Assembly (NCBI RefSeq): GCF_000688295.1
Contig: NZ_JHZF01000011.1
Coordinates: forward strand, 558,288 to 590,287
Direction of reading: 5' to 3'
DNA length: 32,000 bases
Source of the DNA: Pseudooceanicola nanhaiensis DSM 18065
Lineage (GTDB): Bacteria > Pseudomonadota > Alphaproteobacteria > Rhodobacterales > Rhodobacteraceae
Numbering within the stretch: position 1 is the first letter of the stretch; each line of letters begins with the position of its first letter. The notes under the pieces were generated by a model. The model worked only from the letters and a program-made list of their open reading frames with translations, was not told the origin of the DNA and made no database searches. The position numbers and the translations under genes are program-made. This document shows positions 24,452 through 32,000 of this stretch, piece by piece.

Positions 24452-24679
24452 TTATTTCACGGCGTAGGGAAGCAGGGCGAGGAAGCGCGCGCGCTTGATG
24501 GCACGGGCGAGTTCGCGTTGCTTCTTGGCCGAGACGGCGGTGATGCGGGACGGGACGATCTTGCCGCGTTCGCTGATGTAGCGCTGCAGCAGGCGGGTGT
24601 CCTTGTAGTCGATCTTGGGCGCGTTGTCGCCCGAGAAGGGGCAGACTTTCCGGCGGCGGAAAAACGGTTTAGCAGCCAT
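24452..24679 (-). CDS. rpsR: 30S ribosomal protein S18
   Basis: [72 protein letters not shown], 75 aa. Confidence 0.95.
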   Translation of the reverse strand: MAAKPFFRRRKVCPFSGDNAPKIDYKDTRLLQRYISERGKIVPSRITAVSAKKQRELARAIKRARFLALLPYAVK

Positions 24680-24708
24680 GTCTTAGCTTCCTTTGTTCAG
24701 GCGTTGGA

Positions 24709-25059
24709 TCAGCGGCGGCGACGGTCGTCGCGGTCGTCGCGCTTCTGCATCTGGGCCGACGGACCCTCTTCGTGCTCGTCGACCTTGATGGTCAGCACGC
24801 GCATCACGTCGTCATGCAGCCGCATCAGGCGTTCCATTTCCTCGACGGCCGGCGCCGGGGCGTCGGAGCGGAGGAAGGCGTAGTGGCCCTTGCGGTTCTT
24901 GTTGATCTTGTAGGCCATCGTCTTGACGCCCCAGTACTCGTGATCCACGAGTTTCCCGCCGTTGTCGGACAGGACGGCGCCAAAGTGCTCGATGAGACCT
25001 TCGGCCTGCGCGTTGGAAAGATCCTGGCGCGAGATGAATACATGCTCGTAAAGCGGCAT
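24709..25059 (-). CDS. rpsF: 30S ribosomal protein S6
   Basis: In-frame part of ORF 24709..25125 from MPLYEHVFISRQDLSNAQAEGLIEHF... GGAG lies upstream of the ATG at 25059. The C-terminal tail is D/R-rich. Confidence 0.93.
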   Translation of the reverse strand: MPLYEHVFISRQDLSNAQAEGLIEHFGAVLSDNGGKLVDHEYWGVKTMAYKINKNRKGHYAFLRSDAPAPAVEEMERLMRLHDDVMRVLTIKVDEHEEGPSAQMQKRDDRDDRRRR

Positions 25060-25196
25060 GTGCACTCCATTTCTGTCGAGGCGCATTTCATAGACGGGCC
25101 CTGGCTCCTTCCGCGGGCCGGTCACGAGAGGCTGCGCGGTTCAGATCCTGTGCGGAAGGAAGCGCTCCCTTAGACCGAAACCCCGCCCCGTGCAAG
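25060..25196 (-). promoter_or_regulatory. Candidate rpsF promoter plus a structured 5' leader of about 100 nt
   Basis: Minus strand reads CTTGCA (25191-25196), 17 nt, then CTAAGG (25168-25173). Within the leader a long-range stem pairs GCTTCCTTCCGC (25152-25163) with GCGGAAGGAGC (25104-25114), with one bulge. Confidence 0.35.
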
Positions 25197-25275
25197 GGCA
25201 AGCGGGGGAGATGGACAGCCGGGGCCCCAGCGTTTATCCCCCGGTCGCAACGGAGCAATTCATGGGAGGGCCAAT

Positions 25276-26217
25276 ATGAGCCGCGCATTCGTGTTTCCCG
25301 GGCAGGGCGCCCAGACGATCGGCATGGGCCGCGCGCTGGCCGACGCCTATCCGGCGGCGCGCGCCGTCTTCGACGAGGTCGACGAGGCCCTGGGCGAAAA
25401 ACTCTCGGCGCTGATCTGGGAGGGCGAGCAGGACGAGCTGACGCTCACGCGGAACGCGCAGCCCGCGCTGATGGCGACCTCCCTGGCGGCCTTCCGGGCG
25501 CTCGAGGCCGAGGGGGTGTCGATCACGGATGCCACCTGCGTCGCGGGCCATTCGCTGGGCGAATACTCGGCGCTGGCCGCCGCCGGGGCGCTGAGCGTAT
25601 CGGACGCCGCCCGGCTTCTGCGGATCCGCGGCGAGGCGATGCAGAGCGCGGTGCCGGTCGGGCAGGGGGCCATGGCGGCGCTTCTGGGTCTCGATTTCGC
25701 GACCGCGACCGAGGTGGCCGAGGAGGCCGCGCAGGGCGAGGTCTGCCAGGCCGCGAACGACAACGACCCCGCGCAGGTGGTGGTCTCGGGCCACAAGGCG
25801 GCGGTGGAACGCGCGGTGGAGATCGCCAAGGAGAAGGGCGCCAAGCGCGCGCTGCTGCTGCCGGTCTCCGCGCCCTTCCATTGCTCCCTGATGGCGCCCG
25901 CGGCCGAGGTCATGGCCGAGGCGCTGGCGAAGATCGAGATGCAGGTCCCGGCCGTGCCGGTCATCGCCAACGTCCGCGCCGAACCGGTGCAGGCGGCCCA
26001 CGAGATCGAGCAGCTGCTGGTCGAGCAGGTGACGGGCTCGGTCCGCTGGCGCGAGAGCGTGATGTGGATGGCCGGAAACGGCGTCACCGAGATCTGGGAG
26101 ATCGGCGCGGGCAAGGCGCTGTCGGGCATGATCCGGCGGATCGCGCGCGAGATCGAGTGCCGGCCGGTCGGCACGCCCGACGAGGTGAAGGCCGCGGCGG
26201 AGAGCCTCAGGGGCTGA
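25276..26217 (+). CDS. fabD: Malonyl-CoA:ACP transacylase
   Basis: MSRAFVFPGQGAQTIGMGRAL..., active site GHSLGEYSAL, 313 aa. GGGAGGG lies upstream of the ATG. Confidence 0.95.
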   Translation: MSRAFVFPGQGAQTIGMGRALADAYPAARAVFDEVDEALGEKLSALIWEGEQDELTLTRNAQPALMATSLAAFRALEAEGVSITDATCVAGHSLGEYSALAAAGALSVSDAARLLRIRGEAMQSAVPVGQGAMAALLGLDFATATEVAEEAAQGEVCQAANDNDPAQVVVSGHKAAVERAVEIAKEKGAKRALLLPVSAPFHCSLMAPAAEVMAEALAKIEMQVPAVPVIANVRAEPVQAAHEIEQLLVEQVTGSVRWRESVMWMAGNGVTEIWEIGAGKALSGMIRRIAREIECRPVGTPDEVKAAAESLRG

Positions 26218-26232
26218 GACAACGGAGAGCGG

Positions 26233-26290
26233 CCGGGGGCTTTGCGCCCCCGGACCCCCGCAGAGTATTTTCGGAAAAGTGAAGAACGGG
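26233..26290 (+). repeat. Diverged copy C of the interspersed repeat (GC hairpin + tail)
   Basis: CCGGGGGC-tttgc-GCCCCCGG, then CCCCCGCAGAGTATTTTCGGAAAAGTGAAGAACGGGA. By hand alignment about 18 of 29 tail positions match copy A. It lies just after the fabD stop. Confidence 0.35.
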
Positions 26291-26315
26291 ACGGACCCGT
26301 TCGGAAGGGCGAGAG

Positions 26316-27053
26316 ATGTTCGATCTGACAGGAAAATCGGCGCTGGTCACGGGCGCATCGGGCGGCATCGGCGGCGCGATCGCCAAGGCGCTGCACGGGG
26401 CGGGTGCCTCTGTGGGGCTGAGCGGCACGCGGGTCGAGCCGCTCGAGGCGCTGGCGGCGGAGCTCGGCGAGCGGGCCTTCGTGCTGCCCTGCAACCTCGG
26501 GGTTGCGGAGGCCGTGGCGGAGCTGCCGAAGCAGGCGGCGGAGGCCATGGGCGCGGTCGACATCCTGGTGAACAACGCGGGCATCACCCGGGACCAGATC
26601 TTCATGCGGATGTCGGACGAGGAATGGCAGAGCGTGCTCGACGTGAACCTGACCTCGACCATGCGGCTGTGCCGGGGCGTGATGCGCGGGATGATGAAGG
26701 CCCGCTGGGGCCGGATCGTGAACATCTCGTCGATCGTCGGGACCACGGGCAACCCGGGGCAGGCGAATTATGCCGCCTCGAAGGCCGGGATGGTGGGGAT
26801 GTCGAAGTCCATCGCCTACGAGGTCGCCAGCCGCGGGATCACCGTCAACTGCGTGGCCCCGGGCTTCATCGCGACGGCGATGACCGACAAGCTGAACGAC
26901 GACCAGAAGGCCAAGATCAACGGGCAGATCCCGGCGGGCCGCATGGGCGAGGCCGAGGAGATCGCGGCGGCGGTGCTCTACCTCGCCAGCGCCGAGGCCG
27001 GCTACGTCACCGGCGCGACGCTGCACGTCAACGGCGGGATGACGATGGTCTGA
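26316..27053 (+). CDS. fabG: 3-oxoacyl-ACP reductase
   Basis: MFDLTGKSALVTGASGGIGGAIAKAL..., NNAGITRD, catalytic YAASKAG, 245 aa. Confidence 0.93.
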   Translation: MFDLTGKSALVTGASGGIGGAIAKALHGAGASVGLSGTRVEPLEALAAELGERAFVLPCNLGVAEAVAELPKQAAEAMGAVDILVNNAGITRDQIFMRMSDEEWQSVLDVNLTSTMRLCRGVMRGMMKARWGRIVNISSIVGTTGNPGQANYAASKAGMVGMSKSIAYEVASRGITVNCVAPGFIATAMTDKLNDDQKAKINGQIPAGRMGEAEEIAAAVLYLASAEAGYVTGATLHVNGGMTMV

Positions 27054-27504
27054 GCGCCGCCCCGGCGAGGGAAAGCCCCGCGCCGGTCGCGAGGCGCCGC
27101 AGGACATGCGCCGCCAGCCCGAGCGGGCCGAACATCAGCGTCAGGATCAGGACCGGCACGGTCCAGCCATGCGACAGGCCCAGCCGGGCCGCGTCGCGGG
27201 CGATCCAGGCGCCGCAGAAGAAATCGAACAGGATGAAGTGGACCCAGCCGGTCAGCGCGCCCACCGGATGGGAGAGGAGCGCGATGACGGCCGGAAGCGA
27301 GGACATGCCCGCGCCCTCGGCCGATTGGCCGAGGAAGACGCCGGTGAAGAGCAGCGCCGCATAGACCAGCCCGAGGAGCAGCGGTATCGCGCCGCTGTGG
27401 GCCAGCTGTGCCGTCACCTCCGAGCGGGGGGCGAAGACAAGGCAGGCCCAGCCCACCATGACGGGCAGGTGGATGAGGTAGAAGAGCAGCTCGTAGGTCG
27501 TCAT
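27028..27504 (-). CDS. DUF4281 (ABA4-like) family membrane protein
   Basis: In-frame part of ORF 27028..27570 from MTTYELLFYLIHLPVMVGWACLVFAPRSE. It has 4-5 TM segments. It starts 13 bp after the pepT stop. Its last 26 nt overlap the 3' end of fabG on the other strand. Family name is from memory. Confidence 0.7.
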   Translation of the reverse strand: MTTYELLFYLIHLPVMVGWACLVFAPRSEVTAQLAHSGAIPLLLGLVYAALLFTGVFLGQSAEGAGMSSLPAVIALLSHPVGALTGWVHFILFDFFCGAWIARDAARLGLSHGWTVPVLILTLMFGPLGLAAHVLRRLATGAGLSLAGAALRPSSSRR

Positions 27505-27517
27505 CGCGGCGCCCCTC

Positions 27518-28759
27518 TCAGCCGGCGCGGGCGGCGCGCTGCACCAGCTCCAGCGCCACCTTCGTCGCAAGCCCCATGTCCTGCACCGAGATCCATTCGA
27601 GCGGTCCGTGGATCTCCTGCATCCCGGTGAAGATGTTGGGCGTGGGCACCCCCATCTCGGTCAGGCGCGAGCCGTCGGTGCCGCCGCGGATCGGCTCACC
27701 CTTCGGGTCGAGCCCGACGGCGCGGCAGGCCTCGCGGGCGAGCTCCACGGGGGTCATGTCCTTCTCGAGCCAGTAGCGCATGTTGCGGTATTGCGGCCGG
27801 ATCTCGCAGGTGATCCTCGCGCGCGGCTCGGTGGCCGCGACAGCCTCGCAGACCTGGCGCAGGAGCGCGCCGTGGCTCTCCAGCCCGTCGAGCTCGAAGT
27901 CCCGCAGGATGAGCTTCAGTTCGCATTCGGCGGCATTGCCGCGCATCTCCGTCAGGTGGAGGAAGCCCGCGCGGCCGTCCGTCGTCTCGGGCGTGCGCGT
28001 CACCTGCGGCAGCGTCTGGACGATCTTCGCGGCCAGATGCAGCGCGTTCACCAGCTTGTCCCTGGCCCAGCCGGGATGTGCCGAGACGCCCGTGACCGTC
28101 ACCAGGGCGGCGTCGGCCGAAAAGGTCTCGTAGATGATCTCGCCGGGTTTCGAGCCGTCGAACGTATAGGCGTAATCGGCGCCGAGGTCGGGGGGCAGGC
28201 GCGCATCGACGCCGCGGCCGATCTCTTCGTCCGGGGTGAAGGCGATGCGGATCCGTCCGTGCGGGATCGACGGGTTGGCAAGCAGGTGGCGCGCGGCGGT
28301 CATGATGATGGCGATGCCCGCCTTGTCGTCGGCGCCGAGCAGCGTGGTGCCGGAGGCGGTGATGATGTCGTCGCCAGCCTTCTGGCCGAGGTAGGGCGAG
28401 ATCTCGGGCGAGAGCCGCAGCTCGGGCGCATCGGCGAAGGCGATCTCGCCGCCGTTGTAATTGCGGTGCACGACCGGCTTCACGCCGGTGGCGTTGTAGG
28501 CGGGCGCGGTGTCGACATGGGCGAGAAGCCCCAGCACCGGCCCTTCGGCGGTTGCCGGAACGGTGGCGAGCACGGTGCCGTAATCGGTGAGATGGACATC
28601 CTCGGCCCCCATCTCCTCGAGCTCGGCGACCAGCAGGCGCGCCATGTCGAGCTGGATGTCGGTGGAGGGCGATCCGGGCGAATCCTCGTCCGACTGGCTG
28701 TCGATGGCGGCGTAGCGGACCAGCCGCTCTTCCAGTTCGGTGTCGAATTCGGTGCGCAT
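27518..28759 (-). CDS. pepT: Peptidase T (M20B tripeptide aminopeptidase)
   Basis: In-frame part of ORF 27518..28858 from MRTEFDTELEERLVRYAAIDSQSDE. It aligns with E. coli PepT motifs: HVDTAP, LLGADDKAGIAIIMTA, HGRIRIAFTPDEEIGRG, PIRGGTDGSRL, PNIFTG..HGPLE. AAGGAG lies upstream. Confidence 0.85.
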   Translation of the reverse strand: MRTEFDTELEERLVRYAAIDSQSDEDSPGSPSTDIQLDMARLLVAELEEMGAEDVHLTDYGTVLATVPATAEGPVLGLLAHVDTAPAYNATGVKPVVHRNYNGGEIAFADAPELRLSPEISPYLGQKAGDDIITASGTTLLGADDKAGIAIIMTAARHLLANPSIPHGRIRIAFTPDEEIGRGVDARLPPDLGADYAYTFDGSKPGEIIYETFSADAALVTVTGVSAHPGWARDKLVNALHLAAKIVQTLPQVTRTPETTDGRAGFLHLTEMRGNAAECELKLILRDFELDGLESHGALLRQVCEAVAATEPRARITCEIRPQYRNMRYWLEKDMTPVELAREACRAVGLDPKGEPIRGGTDGSRLTEMGVPTPNIFTGMQEIHGPLEWISVQDMGLATKVALELVQRAARAG

Positions 28760-29055
28760 TCCGGTCTCCTTGATCTGCGTGCGGATGAGCGCCCTGCGGC
28801 CTTGGAAAGTCAAGGCGCGGCAGGGTTCGGGCCCGCCCGGGACGCTGCTTCGCGGCATGGAACAGCCGCCTTGCGAAAGCGTTTGCCTCCCCGCATGCTT
28901 ATGCTATAGGCGGCGAAGGATTTTGCCGGGTGGCTCGCGGGCCAGTCGGCCTCCCGCGTCTGCGGGGGAGAGCCGCCCGGCAGGGCATGACGAGCGCGAC
29001 CCCGGAGGGGCGAGGGCAGAAACGGGCTGAAGGCCCATGACGTGAGGGTAATTTC

Positions 29056-29289
29056 ATGAGCGATGTCGCAGAACGCGTGAAGAAGATCGTTGTCGACCAC
29101 CTGGGCGTGGAAGAGGACAAGGTGACCGAGAACGCTTCGTTCATCGACGATCTGGGCGCAGACAGCCTCGACACCGTCGAGCTGGTGATGGCATTCGAGG
29201 AAGAGTTCGGCATCGAAATCCCGGACGACGCCGCCGAGAACATCCAGACCTTCGGTGACGCGGTGAAGTTCATCTCGGAAGCCTCCTGA
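29056..29289 (+). CDS. acpP: Acyl carrier protein
   Basis: [58 protein letters not shown]..., with the DSLD phosphopantetheine site, 77 aa. Confidence 0.97.
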   Translation: MSDVAERVKKIVVDHLGVEEDKVTENASFIDDLGADSLDTVELVMAFEEEFGIEIPDDAAENIQTFGDAVKFISEAS

Positions 29290-29312
29290 GCTTCGATGAG
29301 CGAAAAGTCGCG

Positions 29313-29341
29313 AAGGGCCCTCGCAGCGCGGGGGCCTTTTC
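29313..29341 (+). terminator. Intrinsic terminator of acpP
   Basis: GGCCCTCGC (29316-29324) / GCGGGGGCC (29328-29336), with one G-U pair, followed by TTTT. Confidence 0.6.
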
Positions 29342-29471
29342 GATTCCGGGGTCCCGCCGGGCGCATCCGCGGCATGTGACCGCCTGAAGCGCGCGGGTGC
29401 GTTGCGGGCGCCGGTTTGCTGTCTATATCTCTCCTGACCGCCCGCCGCCGCGGCGCAGACCGGAGTGACAC

Positions 29472-30446
29472 ATGGGATACTTCAAGACCGCCATCCTGAT
29501 GGCCGCGATGACCGCCCTCTTCATGGGGCTGGGCTATCTTCTGGGCGGCACGGGCGGGGCGCTGATCGCGCTCGTCGTCGCCGCGGGGATGAACGCGGTC
29601 ACGTGGTGGAATTCGGACAAGATGGTCCTGCGGATGCACAATGCGCAGCCCGTGGGGCCGCGCGACGGCTCGGGCCTGCACGAGATGGTGGCCGATCTGG
29701 CCCGCAACGCCGGGCTGCCGACGCCCGCCGTCTATCTCATCCAGACCGAGCAGCCCAATGCCTTCGCCACCGGGCGCAACCCGAACAACGCCGCCGTCGC
29801 GGTCACCGCCGGGCTGCTGCGCAGCCTCTCGCGCGAGGAGCTGGCGGGCGTGATCGCCCACGAGCTGGCGCATATCCGCAACCACGACACGGCGATCATG
29901 ACGGTGACCGCGACCTTCGCCGGTGCCATCTCGATGCTGGCGAACTTCGCGCTGTTTTTCGGCGGTTCGCGGGAACGGCTGGGCCTTGTCGGGACGCTCG
30001 CGATGATGATCCTCGCGCCGCTGGCGGCGGGGCTCGTGCAGATGGCGATCAGCCGGACGCGGGAATATGCCGCCGACAAGGCGGGGGCCGAGATCTGCGG
30101 CCATCCGCTCTGGCTGGCCGCCGCGCTCGAGCAGATCCAGCGCGGGGCGTCCCGGATCGACAACGAGGCGGCCGAGCGCAACCCGGCCACGGCGCACATG
30201 TTCATCATCAACCCGCTCCACGCCCACAAGCGGGACGCGCTCTTCGCGACGCATCCGGCGACCGAGAACCGGGTCGCCGCGTTGCGCCAGCTCGCCGCCG
30301 AGATGGGGCAGGGCGCATCGACGCCCCGCCGCACCGCCCCCCGTCCGCAGCCGGCACCCGCCGCGCGCCCGGCCTCGCCCAGCAACGTGCCCCGCTCGGG
30401 CCGCCGCCGGGCCACGCCGGACCGCGACGAGGGGCCCTGGGGCTGA
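29472..30446 (+). CDS. htpX: Zinc metalloprotease HtpX homolog (M48)
   Basis: [26 protein letters not shown]..., [10 protein letters not shown] (HExxH), [10 protein letters not shown]. It carries a ~50-aa Pro/Arg-rich C-terminal tail. Confidence 0.9.
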   Translation: MGYFKTAILMAAMTALFMGLGYLLGGTGGALIALVVAAGMNAVTWWNSDKMVLRMHNAQPVGPRDGSGLHEMVADLARNAGLPTPAVYLIQTEQPNAFATGRNPNNAAVAVTAGLLRSLSREELAGVIAHELAHIRNHDTAIMTVTATFAGAISMLANFALFFGGSRERLGLVGTLAMMILAPLAAGLVQMAISRTREYAADKAGAEICGHPLWLAAALEQIQRGASRIDNEAAERNPATAHMFIINPLHAHKRDALFATHPATENRVAALRQLAAEMGQGASTPRRTAPRPQPAPAARPASPSNVPRSGRRRATPDRDEGPWG

Positions 30447-30646
30447 AGCGGGCGATTCGTCGCTCCGCCCGGGTGCCGCTACGGCAGGCGGCCGGGCTGC
30501 CCGGCGGCTGTGCGACAAAACCGGCGCCCCGGGTCAAATCGGGGAAATGTGACTGATTGGTCCTTTCATCCGCTCCACCGACCGATTAGATACAGTTGGA
30601 CATTTTGGCCCGCGGGGAGGCGGGTCATACCAAGGGAGCAGAACCC

Positions 30647-30862
30647 ATGCTGAACAATATCGGACTTCCCGGCCTGCTGCTGATCGCCGTGGTCGTGCTG
30701 GTCCTCTTCGGGCGCGGCAAGATCTCCTCGCTCATGGGCGAGGTCGGCAAGGGCATCACCGCCTTCAAGAAGGGCGTCAGCGACGGCAGCAAGGAGCTGG
30801 AAGACGGCTCCGACCATGCCCGCGACGTCACCCCGGCGGATGCCGAAAAGGACAAGGCCTGA
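30647..30862 (+). CDS. tatA: Sec-independent translocase subunit TatA
   Basis: In-frame part of ORF 30596..30862. [50 protein letters not shown] lies upstream of ATG 30647. Confidence 0.9.
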   Translation: MLNNIGLPGLLLIAVVVLVLFGRGKISSLMGEVGKGITAFKKGVSDGSKELEDGSDHARDVTPADAEKDKA

Positions 30863-30898
30863 GGCCCGCGCCTCACGCCCTGATCCGGACGACAGACC

Positions 30899-31435
30899 AT
30901 GTTTGACCTCGGCTGGACCGAGCTTCTCCTGATCGGCATCGTTGCGCTGATCGTGGTGGGTCCCAAGGACCTGCCCGTGCTGTTTCGCAATGTCGGACGT
31001 TTCGTCGGCAAGGCGAAGGCGATGGCCAGGGAGTTCACCCGGGCGATGGAGGAGGCCGCCGACGAGGCGGGCGTCAAGGACGTCTCCAAGACCTTCAAGG
31101 ACGCGACCAACCCCGGCAAGCTGGGGCTCGACAAGCTGAAGGAGGCCACGGACTTCTCGAAATGGGAACCCGGCAGCGCCACCGGCAAGCTGGCCGAGGA
31201 CCGCGCCGAGGCCGCCAAGAAAATCCACGCCGCCACCGCCGAACGCGCCGCCAAGCGCAAGGCGGAAGAGGCCGCCGCGGCCGCGGAAGCCGCCGACGTG
31301 GCGAAGGCCTCGGCCAGGGCCGCGGCCGGGACGTCGCCGGCCGCCGACGCCGCGCCCGCCCCGGCAGGCGACAGCGCACCGGCCCAGGCGGCTGACAAGC
31401 CCGTCAAGGCCGCCCCGGGAGGCGCCGCTTCATGA
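30899..31435 (+). CDS. tatB: Sec-independent translocase subunit TatB
   Basis: [46 protein letters not shown]..., followed by an Ala/Glu/Lys-rich tail. Confidence 0.85.
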   Translation: MFDLGWTELLLIGIVALIVVGPKDLPVLFRNVGRFVGKAKAMAREFTRAMEEAADEAGVKDVSKTFKDATNPGKLGLDKLKEATDFSKWEPGSATGKLAEDRAEAAKKIHAATAERAAKRKAEEAAAAAEAADVAKASARAAAGTSPAADAAPAPAGDSAPAQAADKPVKAAPGGAAS

Positions 31436-32000
31436 GCATCGAGACGGACGAGCTGGAGGACAGCTCCGCCCCGCTGATCGAGCACCTGGCCGAACTGCGG
31501 ACCCGGCTGATCTATTCCGTGCTGTTCTTCATCGTCGGCATGGTGATCTGTTTCAGCTTCTGGAACCCGATCTTCAACTTCCTGACCCAGCCGCTCTGCG
31601 ACGCGCTGGCCGAGCGCGGCCAGATCGGCGATTGCGGGCTGATCCTGATCAAGCTGCAGGAAGGCTTCTTCGTCGCGATCTCGATCTCGCTCATGGGCGG
31701 GCTCTGCCTGTCCTTCCCGTTCATCGCCTACCAGATGTGGCGCTTCGTGGCGCCCGGGCTCTACCGCAAGGAAAAGAACGCCTTCCTGCCCTTCCTGGTG
31801 GCCTCGCCGGTGATGTTCGCGCTCGGCGCCTCCTTCGCCTTCTACGTGGTGACGCCGCTGGCCTTCGACTTCTTCCTCGGCTTCCAGCAGCCCGGCTCGG
31901 TGATCGCCGAGGGCGGGCCCGAGGGCAACGGCATCGCCGGCATCGCCTTCCAGGGCTCGGCGCAGGAATACCTGTCGCTGACCATCAAGTTCATCGTGGC
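31432..32000 (+). CDS. tatC: Sec-independent translocase subunit TatC (N-terminal part; continues beyond the window)
   Basis: Own translation from ATG 31432, which overlaps the tatB stop (ATGA). [55 protein letters not shown]...[21 protein letters not shown]. The frame is open to the window end. Confidence 0.92.
   Translation, partial: MSIETDELEDSSAPLIEHLAELRTRLIYSVLFFIVGMVICFSFWNPIFNFLTQPLCDALAERGQIGDCGLILIKLQEGFFVAISISLMGGLCLSFPFIAYQMWRFVAPGLYRKEKNAFLPFLVASPVMFALGASFAFYVVTPLAFDFFLGFQQPGSVIAEGGPEGNGIAGIAFQGSAQEYLSLTIKFIV

Overview
High-GC (about 70% by eye) alphaproteobacterial chromosome segment. The gene content is typical of a Rhodobacteraceae core genome: GapR/DUF2312, purB, glnB-glnA, nnr, tig, rpsF-rpsR-rplI, fabD-fabG, acpP, htpX, tatABC and a Hint-domain protein. 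I call 36 CDS (2 cut by the window edges), one tRNA-Leu(UAG), nine intrinsic terminators, a few low-confidence promoters and one leader, and a short interspersed repeat present three times. Frames were chosen by recognisable family motifs plus a strong G/C preference at codon position 3. The many long Arg/Pro/Gly-rich ORFs in the track are antisense or off-frame shadows of real genes. I see no CRISPR array, integrase, transposase, phage module or defence-like cluster, and I cannot honestly point to a convincing new multi-gene system. This looks like mostly ordinary core DNA. The items most worth a second look are listed here. (1) An orphan fliG with no other flagellar gene nearby, preceded by a tiny secreted Cys protein. 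(2) Two stretches of about 450-480 bp that are extremely GC-rich and show no codon periodicity (7806-8257, 21761-22244). (3) A motif of about 30 nt shared upstream of bioY and a DUF3445 gene. (4) A secreted protein made only of two PilJ/NarX-type sensor modules, next to tRNA-Leu and a Hint protein lacking the usual N-terminal Cys. (5) A lower-GC structured region downstream of glnA. (6) The interspersed hairpin-plus-tail repeat. All family assignments come from reading the translations and from memory of family motifs. No database search was run.
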